Source: Octopus bimaculoides
Lineage: Eukaryota
Direction: 5' to 3'
Assembly: GCF_001194135.2 (NCBI RefSeq)
Contig: NC_068989.1
Location: forward strand, 88,656,989 to 88,720,988
Length of the DNA: 64,000 nt
Shown here: positions 1 through 14,929 of the stretch, piece after piece
Numbering within the stretch: position 1 is the stretch's first letter
How the letters are laid out: each line of letters opens with the position of its first letter
Translations under genes and position numbers: made by a program
The notes under the pieces: model-generated
Seen by the model: the letters and a program-made list of their open reading frames with translations, nothing else
Told to the model about the DNA's origin: nothing
Database searches by the model: none

Positions 1-467
1 ATGACATTAGACTATGAACTATCAGGTTATCTACCTACTTACAAAAAATTACTATGAACTCTCGCCTTCCTGTTTTTCCTGTTTTTCTGCTTAATCTATA
101 TATTTTTTTTCTATTTAGTTTGTTTTCTTATATATATGGAAAATAACTAAAACATTTCATTGGACTTCATGGCTGCAGTCCAATGCCTGAAACAATAGCT
201 TTATATATATATATATATAAAGAGTTATATAGTTTTATGTGCCTTTCTGTATAACAAATTTAGAATTATTTCATCGTCATTAACAAACTGTCCATTGTTT
301 TATTCTATTATACTTTTTTTTATCTTGATCAGTACATTGCCTATAACTAACTCTTATTTATCTGGACTCCATCTCCATTTGATGTTGGGTTTTAGGTAAC
401 CAATGTGGTCTGAGCACTAATTGTCTGTATCTATTATTCCCCATTCTTTGACATATTCTGAATCATT

Positions 468-529
<62 letters not shown>

Positions 530-1498
530 CACATACACACACATGCATGCACTCATATATATTGTTGTGTCTTGAGAGGGTCACTATGTCAATAATAATA
601 AGCAAGCACGAGTTCAATATTACTTCTCTATTGTTAATCAATTGGTTAAATTGACTAAAATTACATAAAAAATAACAATAATCATAAAGAAGTGATATTG
701 AACCAGTATGTGTGAGTTTATTAATATTGGTGTGGTGACCCTCCCAAGACAACAAGATTTGTTTCAACACTTGAATTTACACCAAGAATCTTGCAAACCA
801 AATACAAAACTGAAGTAAATTAGATTTACTAATTTAAAATGAATTACATGGGTAGAAAAAAGAAATTAGTCAATGCAGAAGAATTTACTTATGGCATTTA
901 TGTTCTAAACAAATAAAATTAATTCTTTTTAAAAGTCACCAAACACATGTTCTTTATGTGTTCCCTCCCCCCCCTAATATGTCTCACATGCATACTTGCA
1001 TTATGTTTATTTGTCACCCAGTGCTCAGCAGAGGTCTTATTAATATGTGACATCATACAAAAGAACATTCTTCTCTTTTGAATGTTCTAACACCAAGAAA
1101 TGGTAGAAAATATCTCAGGCAAAAGAGTTTGTATGTAAAAGTTAATGGGTCAAAATATTACATTACTACAACATACTGTTTCTTTTAAAATCTGGTTACA
1201 TACAAAACCCACAAACAGAACTTGAATTTCAGTATAATAAGGATGTGTTTAGATTAATGGATTTACGTAGAAATACCACCATTCCATTTCATTTTATATG
1301 CTTTTCTGGGTAATGCCAGGTCTCCAAGTATATATACATATATATGCATGTGCATATGTATACATGGGTAAAGGAAAATACAGAAGGATCAGTTAATTAT
1401 GATTTTATTCAACATATTCTCCTCTCAGATTCACTCACTTATTGCAGCGGTCCTTCAGTCCAATACCTGAAACAATAGCTTTATATATATATATACAC

Positions 1499-1558
<60 letters not shown>

Positions 1559-3384
1559 TTATATGCCTTTCTGTATAACATGCTTTTCACAATACCCTTA
1601 CGACTAGGAACTTTTCAGCACCCCCTTGTGTGTGTGTGTGCATGTACATTTATATATATATATATACACACACACACATATATATATACATATATACACA
1701 CATATATATATACACACACACATATTCAGAGAGAGAGAAAGAGAACAAGTGAAGAGAGTTGTTTGTGATACATTTATTTCTTTCATTGTTTACAATTGTT
1801 TCAATGACTTGGTATTCTCCTTGGGCTTCTCTCTTACCTTCACCCCAATACTAATATTTACCATGAACCACACCTCTACACATGTTGCATGTACCTCTCT
1901 ACCCGTCTCTAACTTTCTGGTGCTTTCCTCACACTCTAATGAACTTATCCACCCACCCTTCCTGCAGATTTTCAGCTCCTGTCAAACTACCCAACCATGC
2001 CATTCTGGAAGACAGGGAGGTTAAATGTCAATAAATCACCATGATTCATACATATCTTTTTACATAGATAGATGTATTGTCATCATCTTTTTAACGTCCA
2101 TGGAGTCACATGAAATTTGTTGAGACAGATAAGGGTTGGTAACAGGAATTTATACTGCTGCTCCCCACCTTTTTTTTGTGCTGTCACTTCTTTGTCTCCT
2201 CCTTCCTGAGCCATTCCCGTTTCTTTTACAGTCCTCTCTTTAGCTCATATCTACCATTGTGCACACCTCCATCCTTGTTCACTATTTTCTACATTCACCT
2301 CTACTACACCCTCTACATTCTGCTGTGGAGTAGGTATGTATCTCCTCTACAGCAGACTCCCTGCTCCTCTGTCATACGTGGGCCTCTCAACATCTGGCAT
2401 AAAGTTACCTCATTCTCTGTTATACTCTCACTCAGCAGAGTGGGCTTTTTTTTTTTTTTTGCCTTGGGTGTTGCTTGGCGACCACACTCATGTCAGTGCC
2501 ATGAAAAATACACTCAATACTTTCTGTAAAGGGGTTGGTGATTGGAGGGCATCCAGAAACCATGCCAAAGCAGACATTGGAGCTCAGCATGTTCCTTCTG
2601 CTCATTGGATCCTATTGGACTATCTTACTCTTGCCCAGCATAAAAGACAAACATCAAATAAGAGTGTGTGTGTGTATTTTTTTAAGTTCTGTAATTCTTT
2701 TTGAAGATATGTCTATGTTTTATAGATAGTATTTTTAATGTCTATATTTTGTAGCCTTGAGTATATAAAATAATTTATATTTGCAATCTGATGTCTATCT
2801 TTTACCCCCTGCCCCAGAATTTGCTGGGACATGGGGTAAGTCATTAAGTATTTTATTGACCCCCCAAATTGATGAAAGGCAGAGTCGACCTCAATGAAAT
2901 TTGAACTCAGCACATAAGCATGGATGAAATGCTGTTAAGCATTCTGCGTGCCATGCTAAAAATTCCACCATCTCACCACCTTTTTTTTACATTTGTAATA
3001 GTGAGGTGTAGACATAATGGATATATTATGTTAATGTTTTGTTCCTACTTCTTGTTGCAGGCAACATTTTATGTTTTTAATACTGCTTCATTGAATGGCG
3101 CTGCCCAAGTGCTGAAACCATAATAATTTCCATTTGGCACCTGATTATAGAAGTACATATTTGATATGCTTGTTGTCTGAGTCTTTCGCACTTTGTGTTC
3201 TCATTATTCTAATTTGTTCATCTTTCTCATATGGTGGAACTTGTTAAGGGGTGTTTGGTTTATGGTGGTTTTGTTGTTTATATTATACCACACATCGACA
3301 TTGCGTGATTGCCCTTCATTGGGATTCTAATTATAGCTTGGGTAATACTTTTTTAAAGAGTTTCTAGTTTAGAGAGGTTTTGTT

Positions 3385-3403
3385 ACACACACACACACAC
3401 ACG

Positions 3404-3482
<79 letters not shown>
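3385..3482. repeat. (CA)n microsatellite; representative of many (CA)n, (TA)n, (GA)n, (ATT)n and (GAT)n tracts (e.g. 466-530, 1484-1555, 7050-7135, 52460-52518)
   Basis: Directly visible. Confidence 0.95.
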
Positions 3483-3485
<3 letters not shown>

Positions 3486-4189
3486 GTCTTCTATTACAAA
3501 GTGTAGACTAGCCAATGCCTTTTGAGTAAATTTGGAAGATAGTAACTTTATGAAACTCGCTGTGTGTTGGGTTTATTTACATCCCCATGACTAGTAGTTT
3601 AACAAAATAGATAGAATGAGTACCAGACTTAAACAATAAGTACTTGGATTTATTTGTTCAAGCAAATTCTTCAAAGTGGTGCCCCAGTATGGCTGCAGGC
3701 CAATGACTAAAATGAATAGAAAATAAAGGCATTTGTGTGAAATGGCTGTGAAAGGTGTGTAGCGCGTGTATACATTTTCAAAGTGACAGGTTTAAAATTT
3801 GTGTGCATGAGATTAGTTGTTGATTGATCTAGTTTTGAACAATCTTGTAGTTATGCAAACACACACTGACACGTGCTAATATGGGCTGATACTGATTTAG
3901 AAGCTCCATACTGCAAACTGTAACGCTTCTCACATTGTTTGCCACAAGACTGGTTTTATCTTGTGTGTATTGTTTAGAAATCTGGCTGAATCTGGTACTG
4001 AAACTTATTTATACTTTCTGCAATAACTTGTCCTGCAAATTCAGGTGACCTGTGTCCAAAATTGCATTGTGGTATTCTGTCGATGAAATAAGGGACTGTC
4101 GTTGTATAGTAAATTTGTTTATACCTTCCCAGAAATGTGGGTGGCTTTGTACTAATATAATAAATAGTTACTCTTGTGTTGTACATGTT

Positions 4190-4510
4190 TAGTATAAAAA
4201 TACAGCCATGGCTCTGGGTTAAGAATCTTGCTTTGCAACCACATGGTTTCAGCTTTGGTCCCAATGTGCACTACCTTCCTTTATAGCCCTGCTGATCAAT
4301 GTCTTGTAAGTAGATTTGATCAGTGGAAACTGTGGAAGCCTGTCATATGTTTGTATTTATATCTCACCTCTGCTGTCGACAAGAGTTGGTTTGTTGAAGT
4401 CCCCTTAACTTAACAGTTTGGCAGAAGAGACTGCTAGAATAAGTATCAGGCTATAGAGTAAACCCTTGAAGGTTGTGCCCCAGCATGGTCACAGTTCAGC
4501 GATTGACACA
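4190..4510 (+). mobile_element. tRNA-headed SINE family A copy
   Basis: Degenerate match to the family A consensus seen at 46441-46812. Confidence 0.6.
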
Positions 4511-4781
4511 AGTTAGGGATTTAGTATGAGTTTGTATACAAAGCAAGGTGGAGGGGATGAATCAATGACTTTGTTGTAGACTTTATCCTAATCACTTTAA
4601 AACACACAAACAACGTGACACAGCATTTTGTTGAATGACATCATCAAAAATTGAAAGCAGTTGTTAGTTGATTGCACTTTATTGGACAGACATTTTACTG
4701 AAACAATTTTTCATATAATATTTTTATAAATATATTATTCTTCTACAATAATTTTTTTCTCTTGTACAATTTTAAATATAG

Positions 4782-5148
4782 AACAAGAGCACTCAGAGAG
4801 CGCAAATCTCCACCAAAGCAACATCAACGTCCTCTCAACAATTAGCCAGAGATGATTTTTAAAATGAGAATATCTGAAATAAACTCGAATGCTCACAAAC
4901 GAGAATACTAATAATGAACCCGACCGCTCTAAAAAATTGAATAAACAAACAGGAAAAATAATCCAGAATGCTTGTTCCGTATCGGATCAATCCCCAAATG
5001 TAATCAGTTTGTGCCAGTCACGAGGCTAAACTTTCCTGAAAGTTTCATCCGAATCCATCCAGCGGTTCTTGAGATATTTTGTCCACAGACAAACAAACAA
5101 ACACATCTGAAAACACTACCTCTGCCTTTACTAAGGTCGAAGTAATAA
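4782..5148 (+). mobile_element. Non-autonomous Helentron-like (HINE-like) element
   Basis: Starts aacaagagcactcagagagcgca and ends in the hairpin acctctgcctttactaaggtcgaagt. Homologous to two copies at 22206-22963. The superfamily call is inference from terminal structure. Confidence 0.5.
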
Positions 5149-5189
5149 TCTTTAACATAAAATAGTGTGGCAGATTCTTGTGTCTTTTA

Positions 5190-5575
5190 ACATGAACTGG
5201 TTTCAGCTATTTGGCTACGGCTATGCTGGGGCACTGCCTTGAAGGATTTTAGCCAAACAAATCGACCCCTAGGACTTGTTTTTCTAAGCCTAGTACTTAT
5301 CCTATCAGTCTATTTTGCCAAACCGTTAAGTTATGGGGATGTAAACACACCAACACTGGTTGTCAAGTGTGGTGGTAGGGGACAAACATATATATATACA
5401 TATATGCAACGGGCTTCTTTCAGTCTTCATCTAGTAAATCCACTCACAAGGCATTTGTTGGCCTGAGGCTATAGTAGAAGACACTTGCCCATGAGGCCAC
5501 ACAGTGGAACTGAACCTGGAACCATGCGGTTGGGAAGTAAGCTTCTTACCACAGCCATACCTGCACCTACCATGC
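5190..5575 (-). mobile_element. SINE family A copy, reverse orientation (further reverse copies about 5930-6080, 14180-14380, 14720-14880, 23480-23620)
   Basis: Reverse complement of the family A head and body. Confidence 0.7.
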
Positions 5576-5796
5576 AGCTCACAGATTCTTTGTTTTAAAT
5601 GTGTGATTTTGTAAAACGATTTTATCTAAGGTGCTGGCACACCTGTAGGTTAAGAAGTCTGCATTTGAACCACATGGCTTTGGGTTCAATCCCGCTGCAG
5701 GGTACCTTGGGTAAGTGTCTTCTACTATAGCCCTGGGTTGACCAAAGCCTTGTAAGTGGATTTGGTAGATAGGAACCACAAGAAGCCTGTTGTATT

Positions 5797-5862
<66 letters not shown>

Positions 5863-7049
5863 CTTTGCTTGTATGACACATGCTCATTTACAATGTGATA
5901 GCTAGACAAGAGTAAACATATGCACACGACAGGCTTCTTTCAGTTTCTGCCTATCAAATCCACTTCCAAAGTTTTGGTTGTACTGGGGCTATTGCAGAAG
6001 GCACTTGCCCAAGGTGTCATGCTGTGGGACTGAACTGGCGACCACACAGTTAAGAACCAAGCTTCTTAACCACACAGGCATCTACTTTCACCTATAGCCA
6101 AGATGGAAAAAAAAAAGCTTGAGATAGCTGTTAGTGGCTTTTCATATTCATTAGCCACAACACTGTCAACAATGTAATATGTTGGTGATGTGACAAATAA
6201 TCAATATGCAAAAGTTGAATGTCTACTGATGGAAATATAATTAAAAATCAACCAACTACAATCATCCACCAGATCCAACACACATTGAAGTGGAAAAAAC
6301 AATATACAGAAAGGAGGGAGAAAGCTGCCATCTTGGCTAAATAGATATCAGCTATCATACAAGTTATCTCCCACAACTTTCCCCTGATGGCTGGTGAGGA
6401 TGATGCAATGAAAATGCTAAGATTCTGAAGGTGGTAGTCTTAAAAATGACCAACATGTCATAACCAGAGGAGTAGAATTCGTATTGAAAGAAGACTATGA
6501 AAACGGTCTTTTTTTTATTTTTGCATTCCACAGAAATCTAGACTGGCTTTCTCAAATCTGTGCCTGGTTCACTGATAAAACATTTGATGTTGCTCCAGCT
6601 GGCAATCAGTTGTATATACCAGTCAGGCTTTGTAGTAAATGTATCTCACATTGTCCTTCTGGTTTATGCCAGTGGTTCTTGACCATTTTTTGCCTTTGGG
6701 CCCCCTTGACTCTTATTTTACTGGCCCTCTATAACCATTCAATGAATACTAAAAAAATCTTACTGTATTTTTTTATAAAAATAAGTGTTAAATATTTTGT
6801 GTATTGTCAAAGTATAACCAATTTATTGCACATAAATTTTAACATGATTGTTGACCCTACTGCTCTCTGTCCTCCTCCCTTTTGTCTCTCTCTCTCTCTC
6901 TCTCTTCTCTCTCTTTGACACATATTCACATCCGCCTTCTGAATGGTCATATACATACAGTTAGACATATTCTTAACGTTAATGAATAAAACATTCACAC
7001 TCTCTAATGCACGTCTATACAAATTTCATTTGTTCACATGTGCATACAT

Positions 7050-7138
<89 letters not shown>

Positions 7139-9508
7139 ATAGACATTTACCTTCAGAAATTGAAGTTGGCCGTACAGCTTTTTTAAAATAAAATATTTGA
7201 ATTGGAACTCTATTTTAGAACTCTCGTTTGAATCAGAACTCCATCTATTTATCTATCTTCTCTCCCCACTATCTTTGGGATGGTTGTCGGGGTAGAGTCC
7301 TCAGGCACCTCCTCCATGGGACCCTATCAGAATCACCCATCATTAGATTTTCCAAATGAATTCCCAAGTGTGTCTGATTAGGGATATTATCCAACCATCT
7401 TGTTCTTGGTCTATTCCTAGGTCTTGCTTGTTTCACTTGGCTTTCCTAGAGATAAAATATTTACAAATTAATATATTTAAGAAACTTCCTGTGATCTGTA
7501 TTATTCTATGGATAAGTAATACAGCATTTTCATGTTTTTCTATGTAAGAAGCTCACTTTGCAACAATATGGTTTTGGGTTCAATCCCACAGCAGGGCTCT
7601 TTAGGCAAGTGTCTCCTACTCTGGTCCTGGATCGACTAATGCCTTGTGAGTGAATTTGGTTTGATGGAAACTGTGGAAGCTACTTATGTATGTGTGTGTA
7701 TGTGTGTCTCTGTTTGTCTTCCCCCCTCCCACCAAGTGCTTGACAATTGGTGTTTGTTTATGTGTCTGCAAGTTAGTGCTTCAGTAAAATAGACCGACAG
7801 AATAAGTACCAGGCTTGAAAAATAAGTACCGAGATCAAATTGTTTGACTAGACCCTTTTATGTGCTCCAGTATGGCCACAGTCCAATGACTGAAATAAGT
7901 GAAAGATGAAAGATAAATCTTGGTGTTTGTGTTTGCATTCACATACATATTGTCAAATCATATAAGTTTTGATACCAACCTGGCTGAAACCTCCTCTGGC
8001 TCTGTAGTGCAAATGTCTTGTTTTCATAAGTTCTATATTAAAATCTTCCACCAAACTTTAGTCACAAGTTATGTTCCTAACTCTAGCTGAATGATAGCTC
8101 AGTTATTTTGCTAAATTCTTTGTTGTATTTAAAATCAATTGAAAGAAACACAGAGCATCTCAAAATAAATATGGTAACAAAAGGGTTAACAAATGATCAA
8201 TTTAACCCTTTCAATATCAACCCGACTGTAACCGCCTCTGGGTCTGAGTACAAATGTCTTGTTTTCATAAGTTTTGAATTAAAATCTTCTACCAAATTGA
8301 TATCTTGATTCACACGTCTCTGTTGCAACAGCTGATGGGTTGTGGCAGTGATCCCCTGCTCTTGCCACCACTCGTCTTGAAAACCCTACAAAAGGCAAGC
8401 ATGTTGTTCTTCCTTCTCTAATTAAATCATTAGTTTGCTCACTTACTGATTTCACTCCCTTATTTTCTGTGTATAGGTGCAGGCATGGTTCTGTGGTAAT
8501 AAATTTGCTTTCCAACCATATGGTTCCAGGCTCAGTTCCACTGCATGGCATCTCATGCAAGTGTTTTCTATTATAACCCCAGGCCAACCAAAGCCTTGTC
8601 AGTGGATTTGGTTGGCAGAAACTGAGAGAAGCCCACTGTGTGTGTGCATGCGCACACGTTACTGTCTTTGTCTTGATGATGAGTGTCACCATCATGCAAG
8701 CAGTCATGTCCCTTATTTCTTATCTTCCAGGAAAACATTCTTGGTCATGAGGAAATATTACCTTCCTTGGAAACAGATGAGGGTTGGTGACAGGAAGACT
8801 ATCCAGGCATAGAAAATCTGTCTCAACAAATTCCATCCAGTCCATGCTAGCATAGAAAAATGGACATTAAAATAATAATAATAATGATGATGGTGATGGT
8901 GGCAGCGGGTTGTCTAGAGACCTTGTTAACGTAGTTGTCCATATTACCCTAATGCAGAAGTTCGATGACTCCCTTAACATTTGTCAAATCATTTCATTTT
9001 GTTCCATAGCATTTTTTGTTGTTGGGGCACCTGAGCTGTTATTTCTTTTACCAATCTTTCCCATCCATCTCCAGTCTTGGGTATCATCCCAATCCACAAC
9101 TCACTGAGTCAGTCCCTCTTGGCTCACTCTCTTCTTTTACGTTCTATTTTCTCCAACTTCAAACATACTGTTTAAGTTGCACCCTCAATTTAGTGTTTAC
9201 AAAATTTTTTCCCTTCAAATTCTGACTTGATTTTAGCTTTACTTCAAGTCACACTCCAGTTCTTTCCTGTCAAAATCAAGTATAAAATAGTGTGATTTAT
9301 ACACAGATTGTGGTAATTGTATTTGCAAGTGACCCAGTCATATGTGTTACTGATGTAACCAAACTACTATGATTTACTTCACCTTTCTCTCTTTCCAACT
9401 AATACATTATCAGGAAGTAAAACGAACATTTATACAATAGATATCATGTCAGACTTTATTTACATAAAGCTTGAATCTCAATTTATTTATAAGGAAGCAA
9501 ACAGAAAG

Positions 9509-9540
<32 letters not shown>

Positions 9541-10014
9541 GAGGAGTACACCTCAGAACAAATCACATGTTTGGTCATGCCTGGTGGACAAGACCGCATT
9601 GGCGTTGCTGTGGCACCCCACCTTGCAGGGCTCATTACTTAGATGTACCATAGCTATCTTGATTTTGTAGTGGAAGGGACCCTGGTCCAATAAAACAATG
9701 ATTAGAGGTGTTCCAGTCATGGCCATCCAAGCTGCGATGTAGGAACAGCACTTCACATTAGGGCTGTGCATTGTTCCTTAAGATAGTAATGTGTATTGAC
9801 TGAAGGGAATATTTGACTGCGATTTCTCATAACTGGAACGGTAACAAAGAGATTCCTGTATTGGTTTGCAACTGTCCATGTAAATGCTGCTGTAACCAAC
9901 TGCAACACTGTAATTGATGCGATTTAGTTCTGAGCTCAAGTCGTCTACAAGAGATGTAGGTTCAAAGCCCATGGGCAGCCTACAGCTTTTTCTATCCAAT
10001 ATGTATATTGTAGG

Positions 10015-10245
10015 GCAGTGAGCTGGCAGAATTGTTAGCACACTGGGTAAACTGCTTAGCGGTAATTCATCTACCATTATGTTCTGAGTTCAAATTCCGC
10101 CGACGTCGACTCTGCCTTTCATCCTTTTGGGGTCGATTAAATAAGTATCAGTTATGAACTGGGGTTCAATGTAATCAACTTAATCTCTTTGTCCTTGTTT
10201 GTCCCCTCTATGTTTAGCCCCCCTGTGGGCAATAAAGAAATAAAT
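10015..10245 (+). mobile_element. SINE family B copy (others 12430-12765 -, 31122-31260, 34095-34320, 37510-37720, 47500-47705 -, 55800-55970, 62340-62510, 63555-63740)
   Basis: Head gagctggcagaat(c/t)gttagca...ttctgagttcaaattccgcc and core gtcgactttgcctttcatcct, repeated many times in the window. Confidence 0.75.
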
Positions 10246-13043
10246 ATATATATGGCATATATGCACATTTTCATGCCAGTAAAGGAGCCTGTATGTGGTT
10301 GCTTGATTTGCTAGAAACAACAACCATATCTTTCAAATCACTTTCTCCTGTCGTACTGAAGTTTTGTCTTGATATACACTTAATATGTGAAATCGAGTGT
10401 GAATGGTATTATCTTGTCTTATATCTTTTACTTGTTTCTGTCATTGTGCCCTGCCTTGAGGGGTTTAGTTAAACAAATCAACCCCAGTACTTATTTCTTA
10501 AAGGTACTTACTCTGTTGGTCTCTTTTGCTGAACTGCTAGGTTACATGGATGTAAACAAACCAGTACTGGTTGTGAAGTAGTGATGGGGGACAAACACTA
10601 AGACATACTCACATGCATGATAGGATTCCACACAGTTGCCAAAATTATTGCTCCTTCCAGCTGGACTGAGTGAGACAAAATTTTCAAGTCATATTTTGTG
10701 TATGAACTTGTCGTTCACTTAAAAATGTAATTAAAACAGGTTAATGTGAGGGTTAATCTGTCAAGTTTGATTTATGGTGCTAAGCTGTTCTGAAACTCAG
10801 CTGTCATTTGCAAGTGAGTGTGACCTGGTAGCATGTAGAGCTTGTAGCAGGCTTTCATTAGCTGTTTCAGGTGTTTGTAGTTGTGAACAGCTGTATACAC
10901 CCTCTTGACTCCCCCACTCATGACTCAGCAGAACATAGAGTGAGAGAGAGAGAGAGAGAGAGATGACAGAGAGGAGGAGGAAGAGGATGGGGACTGCACC
11001 AGTTGTCATTTTAAGCTGTGTAGAGTGAAGTAATGGGGAATGAAGTGTCTTGCTCAAGGACACAACTCTTCACTCAGTTCAGGAATTGAACCTACTGTCT
11101 CTCAGTCTTGAGCTCAACATTCTAATCACTAAGCTATGCCCCTTCACTATTTTTCTATTCATAATACTTGGAAGTATAAGAGGAAGTGCTGTAATGTGTT
11201 CAAAATCTGTGTATCATGAGAACACAAGCCTACACACATTCTTTCACACAAGCACACATACATACAAAAAGATGTGTGCATATGTATTTATGTATGTTCG
11301 TGTATATGAAAAGTAATGGCTCTACATGTGTGTTAGTGTGCTTGAGTGACTGACTATAAATACATACAGCTGAATACAACGCACATGCACACAAATACAC
11401 ATGTGCATCCACTATCTTTCATATACACATACATACATCTTTCACTTTCTCCTCTCACTTCAAAGCAAATGTCGCCTTCCACACATCATGAAAACAAAAG
11501 TAAATAAATAATAGAATTTTATGGAAATTGACAAACAACCAGCTGATCAAATTTGACACTTATGCTGCTAAAGACGAAAGAATGCCTGTCCACTTTTCTA
11601 TGCTCATATGGGTTGCATGAAATTTGTTGAGGTGAATTTTCTACAGCTGGATGCCTTTCTTGTAGCCAACTCTCATATCTTTCCAAGTAAGGTAATATTT
11701 CCCCCATCACCAGATGTGTTTTCATAAAAGCGTGGAAACAAAGGACACTGCTTGCATAATGGAGACACCTGTTTACAATTATCATGTGAGGTCGTGACAA
11801 GGGGACAGTAATAGACACACAGACACACACACACATAATGCACAAGTGCACACACGTGCATATTTGACAAGCTACTTTCTGCTTTTGTCTATCAAATGCA
11901 CTCACAAGGCTTTGCTCAGCCCCTAGATGTGTGTGTGTGTATTTTTCTTATCTGAATTTAATTATCTTGACGACACCATTACAGCAATGATTAACAGAAG
12001 TAGGATGTTAGAGATGACCTGTTTAGCTCAATGATATATTGATTGTCATTGTGAAAGCCACTGGAAATGGAAACAGTTATTACTCTCATAACTAAGACAG
12101 CAGCTGCTATATATACAAACATCTTTTACTGCATCCAAGGAAGACCACCCAACTGATTAACATAAAGTTTCCTGCGACCTCTGCCTGACAGAAATAATCT
12201 GATCTCACTCTGTCGTTTCTACTAGAATCCACCCCCCACCCCCTGCATGTTGTGTTCAACTTCAGGCCGTGCTCTAACCTCTTTTACTCTGTCCATTTTT
12301 TTTTACTCCCTAGAATACCACCCTTCTAAAATTCTCTCAACTAGCAACTGTTCTAGAGTAACATCAACCATGAAGATCTTTTTTACTCTCGGCACAAGGC
12401 ACAAAGTTTTGGGCAGGGGGAAGTTGATTAGATCAACCCTAGTACACAACTGGTACTTAATTTATCGACTCTGAAAAGATGAAGGGTAAAGTCGATATTG
12501 GTGGAGTTTGAACTCAGAACATAAAGACAAACGGAATACCGCTAAACATTTCGCCTAGCGTGCTAACATTTCTTATTTCTTTATTGCCCACAAGGGGCTA
12601 AACATAGAGGGGGACAAACAAGGACAGACAAAGGGATTAAGTCGATTACATCGATCCCAGTGCGTAACTGGTACTTTAATTATCGACCTTGAAAGGATGA
12701 AAGACAAAGTCAAGCTCGGCGGAATTTGAACTCAGAATGTAACGGCAGACGAAATACTGCTAAGCATCATCATTTAATGTCCATGTTCCATGCTGGCATA
12801 GGTTGGATGGTTTGGCAGGATTGGATGGGTTGAGGGACTGCATTGAGCTCCAGAGTCTACTCTGGCATGGTTTCTACAAGCTGGATGCTGTTCCTAACCC
12901 CAACCACTTGACAGTGTGTACTGGCTGCATTTTTATGAGGCAACTTTATGGTAGGAAATGATGAATAGAGAGGGGTGATGTATAATGATTGAGTTCTGCA
13001 CAGACCTCAATCATCAAACACTCACTAACAGAAACCCAGAACT

Positions 13044-13183
13044 GTTGGGACAGTGAAAGGTAGGTCTGATGAAATTATATGGATATTATAGTTGGGGTAG
13101 ATGTCACTTGTATTCAACAAGTGAGATGGAGGGGGGCTTCAGCTACACTACTAACAGGTAAAGAAGACAAATACAAGTTGTCT
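13044..13183 (+). pseudogene. RTE-class LINE endonuclease N-terminal remnant
   Basis: Frameshifted VGTVKGRSDEI / VDVTCIQQVRWRGASATLLTGKEDKYK, like the APE-domain NV.TL...D..C.QE.RW motif. Confidence 0.6.
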
Positions 13184-14875
13184 GTATAGACTTGTGTACA
13201 TGTTTGTATATGCATATACGAGTGTTAATATGTGTGTGTATGTACATAGCTGTGTGGCTAAGAAATTCAGTTTGCATCCTCATTTTTATCAAATTGGGGG
13301 TGAAAGGAAGTACAGCAGTAGTGACAGTGGCAATGATTTGCTAAACACTTTCTCAACATGCTCAGCAACATTTTTTTTCTGGTGCTTCTTAGTCCAGTTT
13401 TTGACTCGATGACCCCTGATTTTCAGATGCTCTCCTTCTAGTTGCATTGCTTTTCTCCATTGCAGTTTAGAACTTAGATCGATGGCAAGGACTTTAAATG
13501 GTTGATTGCTTAATGAATTTAGATAAAGTACATTGAAATATTCCATTAATGTGCTTCTGTTTTTATTTCTTGGCAACCAATTTATACATTTGCTTGTGTT
13601 GCCATTAGCTGTATTGTGTTATATTCAAAAAATTACTATAACAAATATGTTTGTGAACTTGTTTGTAGATAAATATAGTAACTCTGTGTATTATGTGGAT
13701 TCATGAAGTTTTGTCTTTGTTTATCAAACATATTTCTCTCTTCAAAGATATGAATATTGTGGTTCCATCAAATTGAGAATTTTCATATTAAAAAAAATTT
13801 TTTTTGTTTATTTTCTACTTGTTTCTGTCATTGGACTGCAGCCATGCTGGAGCACCACCTCAAAAGGTTGAGGAGTTCAGTTGAACAAACCAAGCCCATA
13901 ACTTGGTACGAAAGAAAATGCTTGCGTTTGAGGTATCGAATGGAGGCCACTGCTAACGCCATTGGACAGTGGTCTTGTGTTGGAGAGTTCTGGTGTGTTC
14001 ATGGCCAAGCATTTTCATCGTCAAGTCGGACAATCACCATTGCTAAGACTATCAGGCAGTGACTGGGTGTAGTGGTCCAACACGACAGTAATCAGTGCCG
14101 CTTTGACCATTGTGCGGTACCTTGGAGGTCGAGCCGTCCATCCAGCCCAAGACACGTTGCACAGAATGCCCAAGTTTCATAGCCCAGTTATGGGGATGTA
14201 AGAAAACCAACACTGGTTGTCAGGCAGTGTGGGGAGCAAATATAAAGATGCACTCATGTATTTGACAGGCTTCTACACAGTTTCCATCTAACAAAATTCA
14301 CTCACAAGGCATTGGTCAGCCCAAGGCTATAGTAGAAGAAACTTGCTCAAGGCGCCATGCAGTGGGACTGAATCCAAAATCACTTGGTTACTCATGGGTG
14401 CTGCCCTTATCTAATCAAGTAAGAAAAAAGGATATTGCAGTTACAGCCGGTTCATCTGCGTGGAAAACTGTGCGTGATATTGTTAGAACATTTCTGGCAA
14501 TGCTTTTGTCTTTGGCTTTGAAGTCTATTTCATCTTTCTCTTTGTCTACATAGAGTTATCTTTAGTTACCGTCCTGAAGAATGAGAATGGGTGTATTTTT
14601 GAGTTGGTATTTGCAGATGGTAGGGTTTCACTGTTGTTCTGTTCTGCTTATATTGTCCCTTATATAATTCTGGGATTTCATTACCTTTTCTCATTAACCT
14701 GTATCAGTCATTATACTTTGGCCATACTGAGGCACTGCCCTGAAGGGTTTAGTCGAACAAATTGACTCCAGGACTTATTTTAAAAAATCTAGTACTTATA
14801 TTATCAATCTCTTTTGTTTAACCAATAGCTTATGGGGACATAAACAAACCAACATCATTTTGGTGTTGTGGGGAA

Positions 14876-14929
<54 letters not shown>

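Noticed and set aside
417-2024. ORFs rich in YI/HT/CV repeats (and similar ORFs across the window)
   Set aside because: They are translations of (TA)n, (CA)n and (TG)n microsatellites.
14400-14660. Possible Penelope reverse-transcriptase remnant on the minus strand
   Set aside because: Motif resemblance is too weak to support without a search.
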